64,000 nucleotides of DNA, from NCBI GenBank assembly GCA_000004695.1, contig CM000151.3:1120001-1184000 (forward strand). Direction: 5' to 3'. A program made the translations under genes and the position numbers. Positions 26,550-47,600 of this stretch are shown in pieces. The notes under the pieces were generated by a model. It searched no databases. It was not told the origin of the DNA and saw only the letters and a list, made by a program, of their open reading frames with translations. This DNA comes from Dictyostelium discoideum. Its lineage: Eukaryota. Positions within the stretch are counted from its first letter, which is position 1; the number at the start of each line of letters is the position of its first letter.

Positions 26550-27787
26550 TTAAAATTTGGATTTTTCAAATATTACTTTTTCTTCATACTCTTTTTTATA
26601 TCCAAATTCTTTTTTGATATTAATTATTTTACATTTTTTAATATTATTATTATTATTATTTGATAAAATTAATTCAAATAATGAAATTAAATTTGAAAAA
26701 TCTTTAAGGGCAGGGGGATGGAAAAAAGTTGTAATTTGAAATTCTGATATTAATTTATTGTTTGAAAGGACATTTTTAAATATTGTTGATGGTAATAAAA
26801 TATTATTAAAACTTAATTTCTCTAATGAATTTATTGATGAAATTAATAATGAAAAATTATTTATAAATGAATTATTAATTTGTAAATGTTTATCAAGATT
26901 ATTTTGGAAAATACCAGTTTTATTAACACATAAGTGACCAATTTCCAAAGACTTTATAGTTTCATTTAATTTTAATAAATTTAAAATTTCATACCATTGA
27001 TTTTTATATTTAGATTTTTCTTTAAAAGTACCAAAACTGTAGCAATTACAACAACGATTTTGACCATTATCATTTTCATGAATTTCATCATTATCATCGT
27101 CATTTAAAAAGTATAATAATTTATAAAAACAAAAATTAATTGAAATTGTTTTTAATTTTGGGATTTCGTTTAAACAAATTTTAAATTCATTAAATGTGAT
27201 TATACCTCTCATTTTAATATGTTCAATATTTGATATTAATGATGAGTCTATTGTTGATAAAATTTCAATGATTGGATATGAAATTGATTTACTTTGAGAA
27301 ATATCAGTTTCAATCATTTTTATTGATTTATTATAATGTTGGAGAGTTGATGCAATATTTTTAAAATTATCTTTATATCTTTCACCTCCAATTTTAATTG
27401 AAAATAATTTATCAATTAAATCATATGATGATGGTGATAATTTATCAATCTCCGTATCCATATCATTGAATTCATATTGATATAAATGAATTTTTTTAAA
27501 ATGATTTTTTAAATTTACCATCATTTCTTTAGGTGGTGTACATGATTGATGATACATTGGTGGTCTATAATATGGGAGTAAAGGTACATTTCTAATTACT
27601 AAATTATTGATTTTATCATCATTACCATCATTATTATTATTATTATTTTGTTGTTTAAATTTGTTTAATTGATTGATTAAATCATCAATATAATATGTTT
27701 TAGGTTGTATTAATTTAAATATATTTATACCAAAATAAAAATAATCATTTAATTTACTATAATTTATTTTTAATGTTTTTATAATTG

Positions 27788-27860
<73 letters not shown>

Positions 27861-28085
27861 TATTTTAAATATATTGGTAATATTATCAATTGAAATATAA
27901 TTATTCCATTCATGTGAAACTAATCTTAAATTTAGAGATAATTTATCTAAAATAAAATCAATTTCACCTCCTCCATTTATTTCAATATCTTTTTTTATTT
28001 TATTTATTTCTAAACATAAAAAATTTAAAATATATCTTTGTATATAAATTGAAAAAATACAAGTATTATTATTATTTTTGATCAT
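26550..28085 (-). CDS. Hypothetical 511-aa protein, N-rich, no recognised domain
   Basis: Single uninterrupted ORF running from ATG 28085 to TAA 26550, with a poly-N tract and coding-like composition. Confidence 0.55.
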
Positions 28086-28281
28086 ATCTTTTTTGTGAAT
28101 TTTTGATAAAAATAAAAAAAAAAACTAAAAAAAAAAAATAAGATTTATTATATAAAAAAAAAATTTGGAAATAAAATAGAAAAATTATTTTTAAAAAATA
28201 TCTAGATATTATAGATTCAGATGAATTTTAAAATTTTTGATTTAATTTCATACTAAATTAATTTTACACTTTTATTTTATT

Positions 28282-28319
<38 letters not shown>

Positions 28320-28336
28320 CTTCTCCAATTAATTTA

Positions 28337-28777
28337 TTATTCCAACATTGTTGGTATTCTTGAATCGAATAAAAAAGAATTTGAACTATTACTATTTAAA
28401 CTATTTGGTGTACTATCAGTATCTTTGGTTTGTTCAGTTTGAAGATTTCTTTTAACATCCCATGCATCTTCAATTAAAAGTTCATCATTGTTTACAATGA
28501 GTTGTCGATTCTCAATTGATTCCCAACGATAAGTTTTATTAATTTCATTGTATACAAAGTATTTATATTGAATATATACTGATTCTGGGAATCCTACACT
28601 TGCATCCCATAAATTACCAATATTCCATGTCATTCTTTTTGCTTTTGATGTATCCCATTCACCCAATTGGTTCATTGATCCAGTTATAAATAAAATTTCA
28701 CCAGGCTGAGTATTATAAACAATTGTAAATGTAACATTATTACCACAAAGTAATGATGAAGATGAACATCTGAACAT
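28337..28777 (-). CDS. CBM20 starch-binding-domain mini-protein (146 aa)
   Basis: 'VTFTIVYNTQPGEILFITGSMNQLGEWDTSKAKRMTWNIGNLWDASVGFPESVYIQYKYFVYNEINKTYRWESIENRQL' matches the CBM20 fold consensus (V.F.....T..GE.L.I.GS...LG.W......M......W...V.LP......YKY......W E...NR). The domain starts two residues after the Met. Confidence 0.65.
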   Translation of the reverse strand: MFRCSSSSLLCGNNVTFTIVYNTQPGEILFITGSMNQLGEWDTSKAKRMTWNIGNLWDASVGFPESVYIQYKYFVYNEINKTYRWESIENRQLIVNNDELLIEDAWDVKRNLQTEQTKDTDSTPNSLNSNSSNSFLFDSRIPTMLE

Positions 28778-29200
28778 TTTTCTTTAAAAAAAAATAATTT
28801 TTAAAATTATTGAAAATTATTTTTTTTTTTTTTTTTTTTTTTTTTTATATATATATGTAGTGTTAATAAATTAATTGAAGTTGTTAAAAAAAAAAAAAAA
28901 AAAAAAAAAGATAAAAAAAGTAAAAAAGTATAATTTTATATAAAAAAAGTAAAAAATAAAAAAAAAAAGTTTATATAATTAATAATAAATTTAAATAAAA
29001 ACCAATATAACCGACTATAGTATATTTTTTTTTTTTTTTTTAATTTACCCTTTATACTGTTTTGTTATTTTTTTATGTTTTTGTTTTTGTAAATTAATTA
29101 ATTTTATTTATATTTTGTTTTATTTATTTTTTTTTTTTTTTTATTTTTATTTTTATTTTTTTTTTTTTTATTTTATGAAAGTATTCAATTTTGAAATTTC

Positions 29201-29222
29201 CACCCCACCCAACACACACAAA
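29201..29222. promoter_or_regulatory. CA-rich island (ccaccccacccaacacacacaa) about 420 bp upstream of the CBM20 gene
   Basis: C/A-rich block embedded in A/T homopolymer-rich intergenic DNA. Confidence 0.25.
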
Positions 29223-29395
29223 TAAAAAAAATATAAAAATAAAATTTAATACTTTGGTAAATTTACAAAAAAAAGGTTACCCGTTTTATTGATAGTAGAT
29301 TTTGATTAATAAATAAATAATTGTTTTTTTTTTTTTATTTTTTTTTTTTTATTTATTATAATATAGGTTTTATATTTGTTATTTCTAAGCTATTA

Positions 29396-29431
<36 letters not shown>

Positions 29432-30555
29432 AAAAAAAATAAATTATATTTTATAATTATTAACAAAAATTTTAAAGAAATTTAATTTAAAAAAAAAGAA
29501 AAAAAAATAAAAAATAAAAAAAAAATAAAATCATCATTTAATTAGACCATGATATCAAAACTTATCTCTCACCCGGGTTATCCCCAAAAAAAAAAAAAAA
29601 AAAAATTTTTACATACAATTTACACAAAATTTAAAATGATTTTTATTATTTTTTTTATTTTTTTTATTTTATTTTTTTTTTTTTTTTTGTAAAAATTATT
29701 GTGTTGTTTTTAATTTTTAAATTTTTTTTTTTTTTTTTTTTTTTTTTCTTAATCATTGCACACAATCCAAATTTTGTTGGGGGTCATATAATTATATTTA
29801 TTTCCATTGTGGATAGTGCTCAGATTAAAGGTGAATACTTATTAGCAGCAATGAGACACTATAATTTAGGTTCTCTGAATTATAGTACTCCTATGAAATT
29901 GTTGTCAGTGTTTATTCATACATTAATTAATTAATTAATTATTTATTTAATTAATTAATTAATAAAAAAAAAGTAGAATAAATAAATAAAAAAAAAAAAA
30001 AAAAAGAAAAAAAATATATATAGTAATATATATTTCAACGGTTCTCAATTAAAACTGAAACTGTTGTTATATATAAAAGTTATAAATTTTTCTCTTTTTT
30101 TTTTTTTTATTTTATTTTATTTTTTTTCTTTTTTTTTTTTTTTTATTCTATTTTATTTTTTTATTTCTTCGCATAAAAATTTCAAAAAATTGATTTTTTA
30201 TTTTTTTTTTATTTTTATTTTTTTTTTCTTCACATAAAAATTTCAAAAAAAAAAAATTTCAAAAATTACGTGCATTTTTTTTTTTTTTTTTTAATTTTTT
30301 TTTTTTTTTTTTTGTTCATATAATTTTATTTTTACTTTTTTTTTTTTTTTTTTTTTTTTCTTTTTCAATCTTTTAATTTTTTTTTTTTTTTTTTTCAAAT
30401 ATTATTTTTTTATTTTATATGTATAATAAAATTTATTTATTTATTTAATGTGTTATCAAAAACAAATAATAAATAATAATATCCAAAAATAAATAATAAA
30501 AAAAAAAAAAAATATTGAAGTACATATAATAATATAATTTTCTTTATATATATAT

Positions 30556-38821
<8,266 letters not shown>

Positions 38822-39048
38822 TTGAATTAATTAATAAATATAAAAAAAAAAGAAAAAAAAAAAAAAAAGAAAACTATTTACTTTTTCTTTTTTTTTTTTT
38901 TTTTTTTTTCTTTTTTTTTTTTCTTTTGTATAGATATTAATTATTAAAAAGTTTTTTAAAATTTTATTTTATTTAATTAATTTTATTATTGTATTTACAA
39001 GTTTTTTTTTTTTTTTACAAAGATATATTTTTTTTTTTTTTTTTTGAT

Positions 39049-40899
39049 TTAATCAATAATTTTTAAAATATTATAAAGATTATGATTTAAACAATAATTT
39101 ATAAATTTAACATTTGAATATTTACAATAAATCTCATTTAGAGAATTTGGAAGTGATAGTATTTTAATTGAAGTTGATTTTGTGTTATTTATATACAATG
39201 TGGTAATAGTTTGTGGAAGTGAATATCTATCTAGAATTAATTCACGTTCTCCTGTGTAGGTTATATGTAATGATTTTAATTTTCTTGGGAAAATTGTGTG
39301 TTTTAGAGTTGAAATATCGAATAAGAAATTAAAAGAAATTTGCTCCACTGTTTCTGGTATTTTGAATAGATTAAATGTTGTGATATAAAAATAATCAAAT
39401 TCAATATTTACAATTGGTGTTGATGATTTTATTGAATATGGTAATCCTTGAAGTTTCTTTTGGTCAGATTTCACAATCACTGATGGTGATAGATTTGTTT
39501 TGAAAATGATTTTAGAGATTGGTAAATTTTGATCAAGATATTGAGGATTTGATTCAGTTATACTAATTACAAAGTTTTCCAAAGTCGATGGTAAATATTT
39601 GGCAATCATACTTCTTTTATATCTTTTAAATAGGTGAAGGGTTTTTAAATTTGGTGGTAATATATTTGGTTTATCAAATGGTTGATCGAATCTAGTACTT
39701 TCTCTAAGATCTAAATAAGTGAGAGATTGAGGTAATAATGATTCTTCATTACCACCTGTTGCTGTTGTTGTTGTTGAATCAATAAAAGGTTGGTCAAAAT
39801 TATGACCAAAAGTAATTGATTCTACATTTGTTGATTTTAAAAATCCAATGGGTCTATTATACATATATCCAAATATTATCTTTTTCAAAGTTGGTGGTAT
39901 TGATGATTCTTTAATTTCACTATTGAAATGGAATGAAAAAGTTATTGATGTTAAAAATGGTGGAAGTGAATCAATATTTTGATTAAATAATCTACCAAAT
40001 CTTAAAGATTTTAGTGATGTTAATTTTGACATATTTGATAACTTTTGATTAAATATACCACCAAAACGAATAGATTCTAAAGAAGATGGTAATTTTCCTA
40101 ATGATTTTAATTTACCATTAAAATATTCACCCAATTCTAAAACTTTTAAATTTTTTAATGATTTATCATCATTTTCTTCATTATCATAATCTTCTTTTTG
40201 TTGTTCTATAGCTCTACCACTACTTTTAAATGATGGTAATAATTTAAAAAATAAAGATGATGATCTTTTTCTTTTTGATTGTTTTGAAAAAATCATTTTA
40301 TTAAATGATGGACCAAGTTTTAAAGTTTCTAAACTTGTTGGTAGTACACCATATTGTATCTTTTGATTATAGGCATGTCCAAATTCTAAAGAAGTTAAAG
40401 ATTTTGGAAGTTGAGATGGCTTTAATGGTTGATTAAAGAAATTACCAAATACTAAAGTCTTTAAATTCACTAAACATTGGAAATCAATTGGCTGATTAAA
40501 CGATTCACCAAGTACAAGTGACGTTAAGGATTCTTTAACTGATAGCATTGGAAGGGTGTAGCATACTATTGGTTGGTCGAATTTCTCGCCAAATTTAATC
40601 GATCGGATAGAAGATACTGATACTGAGGGTAGAGTCTTGTTGTAATCTTTTTCACTCTCTAAAATTTCAATATTTGGTAAAGAGTTTAATAGAGTATTCA
40701 ATAATTGTTGATCTTGTTCTTGATAATCTTTTATTAAAATACTTCTTAAATACTCTTTCATTGGGTATTTAGCTAATGATTCTATGGTAAACTCTTGAGT
40801 ATGATAATTATTATTATATAATCTAACATGATGGAAGATTTGTTTTTTTAAATATTTATTTCTAAAAACTTTAAAAAATAATTTTTCTTGGATTTCCAT
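39049..40899 (-). CDS. FNIP-repeat protein (616 aa)
   Basis: Single ORF 'MEIQEKLFFKVFRNKYLKKQIFHHV...' followed by tandem FNIP repeats ('FGEKFDQPIVCYTLPMLSVKESLTSLVLGESFNQPIDFQCLVNLKTLVFGNFFNQPLKPSQLPKSLTSLEFGHAYNQKI...'). Confidence 0.8.
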   Translation of the reverse strand: MEIQEKLFFKVFRNKYLKKQIFHHVRLYNNNYHTQEFTIESLAKYPMKEYLRSILIKDYQEQDQQLLNTLLNSLPNIEILESEKDYNKTLPSVSVSSIRSIKFGEKFDQPIVCYTLPMLSVKESLTSLVLGESFNQPIDFQCLVNLKTLVFGNFFNQPLKPSQLPKSLTSLEFGHAYNQKIQYGVLPTSLETLKLGPSFNKMIFSKQSKRKRSSSLFFKLLPSFKSSGRAIEQQKEDYDNEENDDKSLKNLKVLELGEYFNGKLKSLGKLPSSLESIRFGGIFNQKLSNMSKLTSLKSLRFGRLFNQNIDSLPPFLTSITFSFHFNSEIKESSIPPTLKKIIFGYMYNRPIGFLKSTNVESITFGHNFDQPFIDSTTTTATGGNEESLLPQSLTYLDLRESTRFDQPFDKPNILPPNLKTLHLFKRYKRSMIAKYLPSTLENFVISITESNPQYLDQNLPISKIIFKTNLSPSVIVKSDQKKLQGLPYSIKSSTPIVNIEFDYFYITTFNLFKIPETVEQISFNFLFDISTLKHTIFPRKLKSLHITYTGERELILDRYSLPQTITTLYINNTKSTSIKILSLPNSLNEIYCKYSNVKFINYCLNHNLYNILKIID

Positions 40900-41175
40900 T
40901 TTTTTCTTTTTCTTTTTATGGTAATAAAAATTTTAACCAGGTTAAAAAATAAAAAAAATAAAAATAATAAAAAAATTAAAAATAAAAGTAATTAAACAAA
41001 AATAGATATTTTTAGATTTTTATTACTTTGATTACTTTTATTTTATTTTTAGATTTTTTTTTAATTATTATTTTTTATATTACTATAAACGAAAAATGTT
41101 GATGTGTTCTTTTTTGAGGTTCTATTATTCTTTTTTTAAAACTAATTGCGGCGTATGGTGTTTTTTATTTTGTGG

Positions 41176-41209
<34 letters not shown>

Positions 41210-42279
41210 GAAATTTACACCCCACAAAAATTAAATTAAAAAAAAAAAAAAAAATAATAATAATAATTAAAAAATTTATAATAATTTAAATGATTTTTGC
41301 AATTGATTTGAAATTTAAAAAATATCTGGACTGTTTGACCAATCCTCAATAAAAAAAAATAAAAAATAAAAAAATTAAAAAATAAAAAAAAAAAAATAAA
41401 AACTGGTAAATTTTTGGTGTTTTTCAAATCAATTACAAAAATCAATGGAAAGGCACTTTTTTTTTTTTTTTTTTTTTGTTTTTTTTTTTAATTATTTTTT
41501 TATTTTTTCTTTATTTTTTAAACAACATCCAATTACTTTAAATTATAAATTGTTAACCTTTAATTTTTAAAGTATTAAATTTATATTATAAAATTATTAA
41601 ACCATGAAAAATACTAAATAAAAAGAGATACATTTCATATTAGATTAATAGTCATTTGATTACCTAAAATTTTGCAATATAAAACTAATTTAGAATTAGT
41701 ATATTATGAATGTCATGTGGGTATTTAAAAGAAATTTAAACCCAGTAAAAAATAAAAAAAAAAACAAATAAAAAAAATATATTTTTTATAGTTTTTCACA
41801 TATCTGATTTGCTGGTTTAACTTTATTTTTTTATTTTTATTTTTATTTTTATTTTTTTTTTTATTTTTATTTTTATTTTTTTCATTGTGATTGCATTACT
41901 TCTTAACATTACATTTGATAATATTCCTTTTAAATAAAGTTTAAACTTAAAAAAAAAAAAAATAAAAACCCACTCTAACGATATGATAACGCTACTAGAA
42001 TCACAACATTAAGCCCACGCGTTCAACAAAGCTACAAGCCATCCGAAGATAACCTGTAGACAAGGCCAAGATAAAATAAAATACATTTTTGTTCAAAAAA
42101 AAAAAAATAAAAATAAAATAAATATAATTTAAATTTGTTTTTTTTTTTTTTTTTAAACAAAAATGTGATATTTTATTATATTTTTCTTGATTGTATTTGC
42201 TTGCCCTTTTTAAATTAAAAAAAAAACAAAACAAACAATTGGGTGACCATATGGTAAAAATAAATAATATCAATTGATA

Positions 42280-43790
42280 TTATGTTGAGCATGTTGGAAT
42301 ATATTGGCAACAGTCTCTACATGTAATATTTTTATGCCTGTTAACTTTAAAGGATATACATTTCAATCCTTGGGAAGGGCAATCTAAATCTTCACATGAT
42401 AAACAATCAGTTTTAATACAAATTGGAGAATCATCAATATTATAACAACGTTTACCATGTCCACATTTGAAAATTGAACATGGGTCATAAATAATAGGAC
42501 TATCACTTCCACTTATAGAGGTAGTAACTCCGATAGTAGCTGATGTTGTTACTGTCGATCCTCCAATTGTTGACCCACTTCCTCCACTTACAGTTGATGA
42601 AGTTGTTATTGTTGTTGTTGTTGTTGTCTCAATTGGAATTTCGGTAATTGTTGATACAATAGTGGTTGCAGTTGATGCAATAGTAGTTACTGGAGAACTT
42701 AATCTTGAGGGAGGTTCAACTTCATAGCAAGTACCATTTTCCAAGTGGTGGCATTGTAATGGAAAATCTGTTTTAAACCTTTTAAAAATTATAATAATAA
42801 TAATAATATAAATAATAAATATTAATTTTTTAAAAGTTTTTTTAAAAAGATAATAATAATTACTCTAATAAATGATAATCTGGTCTAAATTTTCTATTGC
42901 AATTAATTATTTCAGTCTCAAACATTTGACTTGGTGGATAACCAATTTTTTTAAAATCTAAACTAATCTCTGATTTATCAGTAATTCCAATATAAGAATA
43001 AACTGAAACACCATCAATGAAAATAAAAAGATCATCAGAATGCGATGCATAAAAATTCATTGGAGGATTATCTGGTGGGAAAAAGCTTACAAAATGTAAT
43101 CTTGCGCACCATTTATAATTATGATCCAATCCATTATTTCCAAAACCTAAACTATCAACTGGAAAGAATTTATCATTGTAATAATGTTTTGTAAAATCAA
43201 AATATTTAAAACCAGATGTAGTTGTTTTTGAACCTTCTTCTGCATATGTCCAACCATTAAAAGTTGATTCATTATGGACCTTTTTTTAAGTAAAGAAGGG
43301 AAAAAAAAGAATTATTAAATTATAAATTAATTCCAAATTTAATTTAAATATATATATAATAAATACCAATAAAATCTTTTCAGTTATTTCATCATATGTT
43401 GGGCTATTTCCATATGAATATGTCATTGAAAGTCCATCTGGTGTGAATTGAGATTTAGCTAATAAATAATCCATTGAAAATGTATTATCTTGAACTTCGT
43501 CCTATAAAAAAAAAAAAAAAAAGAAAAAAAAAAAAATATGATTAATTTATAAATATAATTTTTAATTTCTGATGACTATTTTTTAAAAAAAAAAATTACC
43601 ATATCAAAGTCTGGATTGTTGTTTACATCAAACCATGTTAATATTTGACCTAAAATTAAAAAATTATTAATAAACAAATATAAAACTAGTAATCTAATAA
43701 TATGTATTTCTTTTTAAACCTACCATTAACTGATATGGAAATATAAGAAATCAAAAATATACATAAAAAACTATGAATTAAAAAAGCCAT
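42280..43790 (-). CDS. Secreted PA14-domain protein with Thr-rich and Cys-rich C-terminal regions (Psi-family-like, about 388 aa); exons 43790..43724, 43649..43600, 43501..43367, 43279..42864 and 42778..42280
   Basis: Exon 1 encodes a signal peptide 'MAFLIHSFLCIFLISYISISVN' and has a GTAGGT donor. Exons 2 and 3 are short and bounded by GTAATT and GTATTT donors. Exon 4 is 'VHNESTFNGWTYAEEGSKTTTSGFKYFDFT...KWCARLHFVSFFPPDNPPMNFYASHSDDLFIFIDGVSVYSY...', which is the PA14 core, with a GTAATT donor. Exon 5 is 'EFKTDFPLQCHHLENGTCYEVEPP...TTTTTITTSS...DPCSIFKCGHGKRCYNIDDSPICIKTDCLSCEDLDCPSQGLKCI...CRDCCQYIPTCST*'. All phases are consistent and introns are 72-96 nt. Confidence 0.6.
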
Positions 43791-44189
43791 TGTCTTCCAA
43801 TTTAATTAAATAAAAATAATTTTGTCTGTTTTCCATTTTAAAAAGAAAAAATTGAAATAAAAAAAAAATAAAAAGAAAAAATAATAATAATAATAATTAA
43901 TAAATTAATATAAGCAAATGAAAAATTGTATTTAGGTGTGTGGATTGTTGAAATAAACTGTGGTCAGTTTATTATTTTATTATTATTATTTTTTTTTTTT
44001 TTTTTTTTTTTTTTTTCAATTCATGTAATAAATTGGGGGGTAACTTTTACAAAATAAAATCAAAAATGACAATAACAACTATTTAACAATTTTCTAATTC
44101 AATATTATAATATAATTTACTGATACACTTTTTTTTTTATTTTTTTTTATATAGTTTTTATGGAAAAAAAAAAGAAAAGAATTTGATAT

Positions 44190-44619
44190 TTAATCATCCT
44201 CAGTTGCTGAATCTAATACTTTGAGTGATACTTTTCCAGCAATTTTCAAACCTTTTACAAAACCTTTTGCAGTTTTTTCACGTTTACTCTTCTTTCTTTT
44301 AAGATAACCATTTGTAACTTTGTAATCTTCATGAACAACTTTATTTGCATATGGTCCACATGAATCTTTATGTTTCTTTAATTTTTTAAATTCTTTTCTT
44401 TGATGACCTGGCAAAGTATTTCTCCATTCTGTATATGCATGTAAATAATTTGGTGGAATATTTGTAAGACCAAAATCTAATGCTGTAATACCAATTTGAA
44501 GAACACCATGTTTAGCAAATGATAAATTTTCACATGTTAAAACTTCAATACCTAATGGTAAAAGTGAAAGATCAACACCAACAAAACCTAACAAATCATC
44601 ATTTCCAACTATAGTAAAA

Positions 44620-44692
<73 letters not shown>

Positions 44693-45207
44693 TTTAATGT
44701 TAATATTTTCATAAATATCCCAACTATAATAACATATTGTACAATAAAATAAAAAAAAAAATATATATATACCTTTATCACTATCATAAACATCAAAAAT
44801 AAAAAGTTCTCTACCAACACTTGAAATATCGAGTACAACCTCTTCATTCCAAACTGGATTTAAATTTTTTTCAATTACTTTTGTAACTTTCATAGAATCT
44901 ATACTTGTTGATTTGACTTTAATATAAGGATCAGAGTACCCTTTTTATTTAATAAAAAAAAAAAAAAAAAAAAAACAATATTAGTAAAAAATATGGAAAA
45001 CAATTAAAATAAAAAAATAAAAAACATACCATTTGCATCTGCAGAAATTAAGTTTGAAGCTGATATTAAACGAATTCTGATTTTACCATTTCCATTTGGA
45101 TTTACTACAAATGGACATGCTCCTGGTGGAAGAGATAATTTGTGATTTGCAACTATCGCAATTGGACAATTTGGATTAGTTGCAGCTATCATTGGTGCTT
45201 GCATCAT
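44190..45207 (-). CDS. C2-domain protein (about 254 aa); exons 45207..45030, 44940..44773 and 44608..44190
   Basis: Exon 1 is 'MMQAPMIAATNPNCPIAIVANHKL...IRIRLISASNLISADAN' with a GTATGT donor. Exon 2 is 'GYSDPYIKVKSTSIDSMKVTKVIEKNLNPVWNEEVVLDISSVGRELFIFDVYDSDK', a classic C2 beta-sandwich signature, with a GTATAT donor. Intron 2 carries (ATT)n. Exon 3 is 'VGNDDLLGFVGVDLSLLPLGIEV...' running to TAA 44190. Junctions are phase 1. Confidence 0.65.
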
Positions 45208-45670
45208 TTTTTATTTTCAAAATTAATACTTTGAGAGTTTTTGATAAAAATGAAGGTTTTTTTTTTTTTTTTTTTTTCATAAAGGAATAAAACAAAAAAA
45301 AAAAAAAAAAAATAAAAAAAAAATAAATAAAAAAAAAATAAAAATTGATATTTTAAAAAATCAAAGAAAAAAAAAAGTTGTGATCAAGTGACACAAATTG
45401 ATGTAAAGTCAGAAATAATAAAATATAAAAAAAAAAAAAAAAAAAAAAAACAAATCAAATTGTGGATGGCACCAAAAATTTTATTATAAACAATTCAAAT
45501 AAAAATTAAAAATTTGTGCCTTTTTGAAAATGATTTGTTTAATTTTTTTTTTTTGTTTTGTTTTTTTAGATATTTTTTTTTTTTACAACTTTTTATTTTT
45601 ATTTTTATTTAAAACTTTTTTTTTTTTTTTTTAAAAAAAAGTAGTAGTAGTAGTAATATTACTTATATTT

Positions 45671-46186
45671 TTATAAACCTTCAATTCTTGTATATAAAAC
45701 ATCTTCACCTTCATCAGTTGTTATTCTCTTTTTCATTGGATTTGACATTGATTCAGTTACTTGGAATTTAAGTGAACTATATGATTTTCTTTGTGGTAAA
45801 AGTCTAATTGCCAATTGATCTACAACAGTTGTTGCTACAGCTAATAAACCAAGACCTGAAACAAGAGTTAATAATAAAGTTTGGAAATGGAAAGAACCAA
45901 TTGTACCAGTTTGAATGAAAATAACACGAATACCATGACGTTTATAAAGTAATCTTGAATGAATACTTTCTAAAATGATTGTTTCTGGTACATCATAAAT
46001 TGTATTTGCAATTTGTTGAACTGAATAAACATATTTAAAATCTGATGTTGAATATGTATATGTATTTGAATATGTAATGAAAACAAATAATACAACACCA
46101 TCATATCTAATTGAAACATTTGAATCAACTGGTGCTATATATTATATTGTTTTGTATTATATTTTGAAAAAAGTAATTAATATATA

Positions 46187-46233
<47 letters not shown>

Positions 46234-47129
46234 AGAAAATTATAAAATTAAACTTACAAGCTTGATCTAAACTAACACCACCAAAAGATAATAATTGACC
46301 AATTGTCATGATATCTGGTTTACCTGATACACCAATTGAGGTACCATTTGCATCGATTTGAACTTCATCACCATCTTGATTTAAAATGTAACCATGTAAA
46401 TCGACTGCATTAAATTGAGAACCTGATGAAGATGCATACATTGTATGATCGATTAAAATTGTAAAACTCTCAATATCTGCAATATAAATATTTTTTGCAG
46501 ATCCTGGTTCATCAACAAATTTACAAGTTGGATCGGTAAAATTACAATTTGCTTCTTGTTTTGATAAACGAACACGTGTTGTACATGTAAATGTACTATC
46601 TTGACCAACTGGAAATAATGCTAATTGTTCATCCCAATAATTACATTCAAGTGGTGTAAATGGATATGTTGAACCATTATGTTGTTGATTTGAGCAATAT
46701 GTTAAATTTGATGCAAAAGTATTTGGCTAAATAAAAAAAATAAAACAAAAAAATAAAAAAAGAGTTAATCATAAAATTTAAAATTTAAAATTTAAAATTA
46801 AAAATAAAACTTACACCTTTTAAACTTGTTCTAACAGAACCAATTGGAACTTCAGTGAAAAGGTAACCTTTTTTTATAATTGCTGAATATACAACAATGT
46901 ATGCTACAATACCAACCAAAAACGATAAATGAAGTATACCTAAACGTCTGTCTCTAATTCTTACAATCTTTACTGTAGAATATTGAAATATATCATCTGT
47001 AATAAAATTAATTTGTGTGTTAATACTATTGTGTATATTTTTTATTTATTTTTTATTTATTATTTATTTTTTTATTTTATTTCTATAAAATTTAAATTCA
47101 ACAAACCCCAATCAAAACTAAAACCCATT
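45671..47129 (-). CDS. p2xA: P2X purinergic receptor (378 aa; matches my memory of P2XA); exons 47129..47108, 46996..46815, 46726..46258 and 46134..45671
   Basis: Assembled protein: 'MGFSFDW|DDIFQYSTVKIVRIRDRRLGILHLSFLVGIVAYIVVYSAIIKKGYLFTEVPIGSVRTSLKG|PNTFASNLTYCSNQQHNGSTYPFTPLECNYWDEQ...(10 ectodomain Cys)...GGVSLDQA|SPVDSNVSIRYDGVVLFVFITYS...RHGIRVIFIQTGTIGSFHFQTLLLTLVSGLGLLAVATTVVD...RIEGL*'. It has the P2X N-terminal YxTxK motif, TM1, the Cys-rich ectodomain and TM2. Donors are GTTTGT (exon 1, weak), GTAAGT and GTAAGT. Acceptors are ttattacAG, tttatttAG and atatatAG. The paralog assignment rests on my recollection of the P2XA N-terminus and 378-aa length, and should be confirmed. Confidence 0.75.
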
Positions 47130-47534
47130 CTTTTTTTTTTTTTTTTATTTCCAAATTATTATTTTTATTTTTTTTTTTTTTTTGTTATTTACAGTGTTGA
47201 ATTAAGAAAATAAATAAAAGATTTGTATGTATTTAAAACAAATTTATCGAAATCAATTATGATGTCACGTCTGTTTTTTTTTTTTTATAAAAAAAAAAAA
47301 AATTAAATAAAAAAAAAAAAAAAGTTTTATAAAAAATAAAATAAAAAAAAAAAGAAAAAAAATAAAATAAAAAAGTGAAAGGTCGGAAAAAGATATTTTC
47401 AATCTTTAAAGCGATCACCGCGGTTTTCAGTTTAACTAAAAAAATAAAAAATAAAATAAAAAAAATAAAAAATGAAAGTGTTTTAAAAATAAAAAAATAA
47501 AGGGATAAATCCATTGTTTTATTTATTTTCAATC

Positions 47535-47537
47535 AAA

Positions 47538-47600
<63 letters not shown>

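Noticed and set aside
42001-42273. 90-aa minus ORF overlapping the GC-rich island
   Set aside because: Its translation is low-complexity (poly-F/K) apart from the GC island itself. I treat the island as possible ncRNA or cis element rather than as this ORF.
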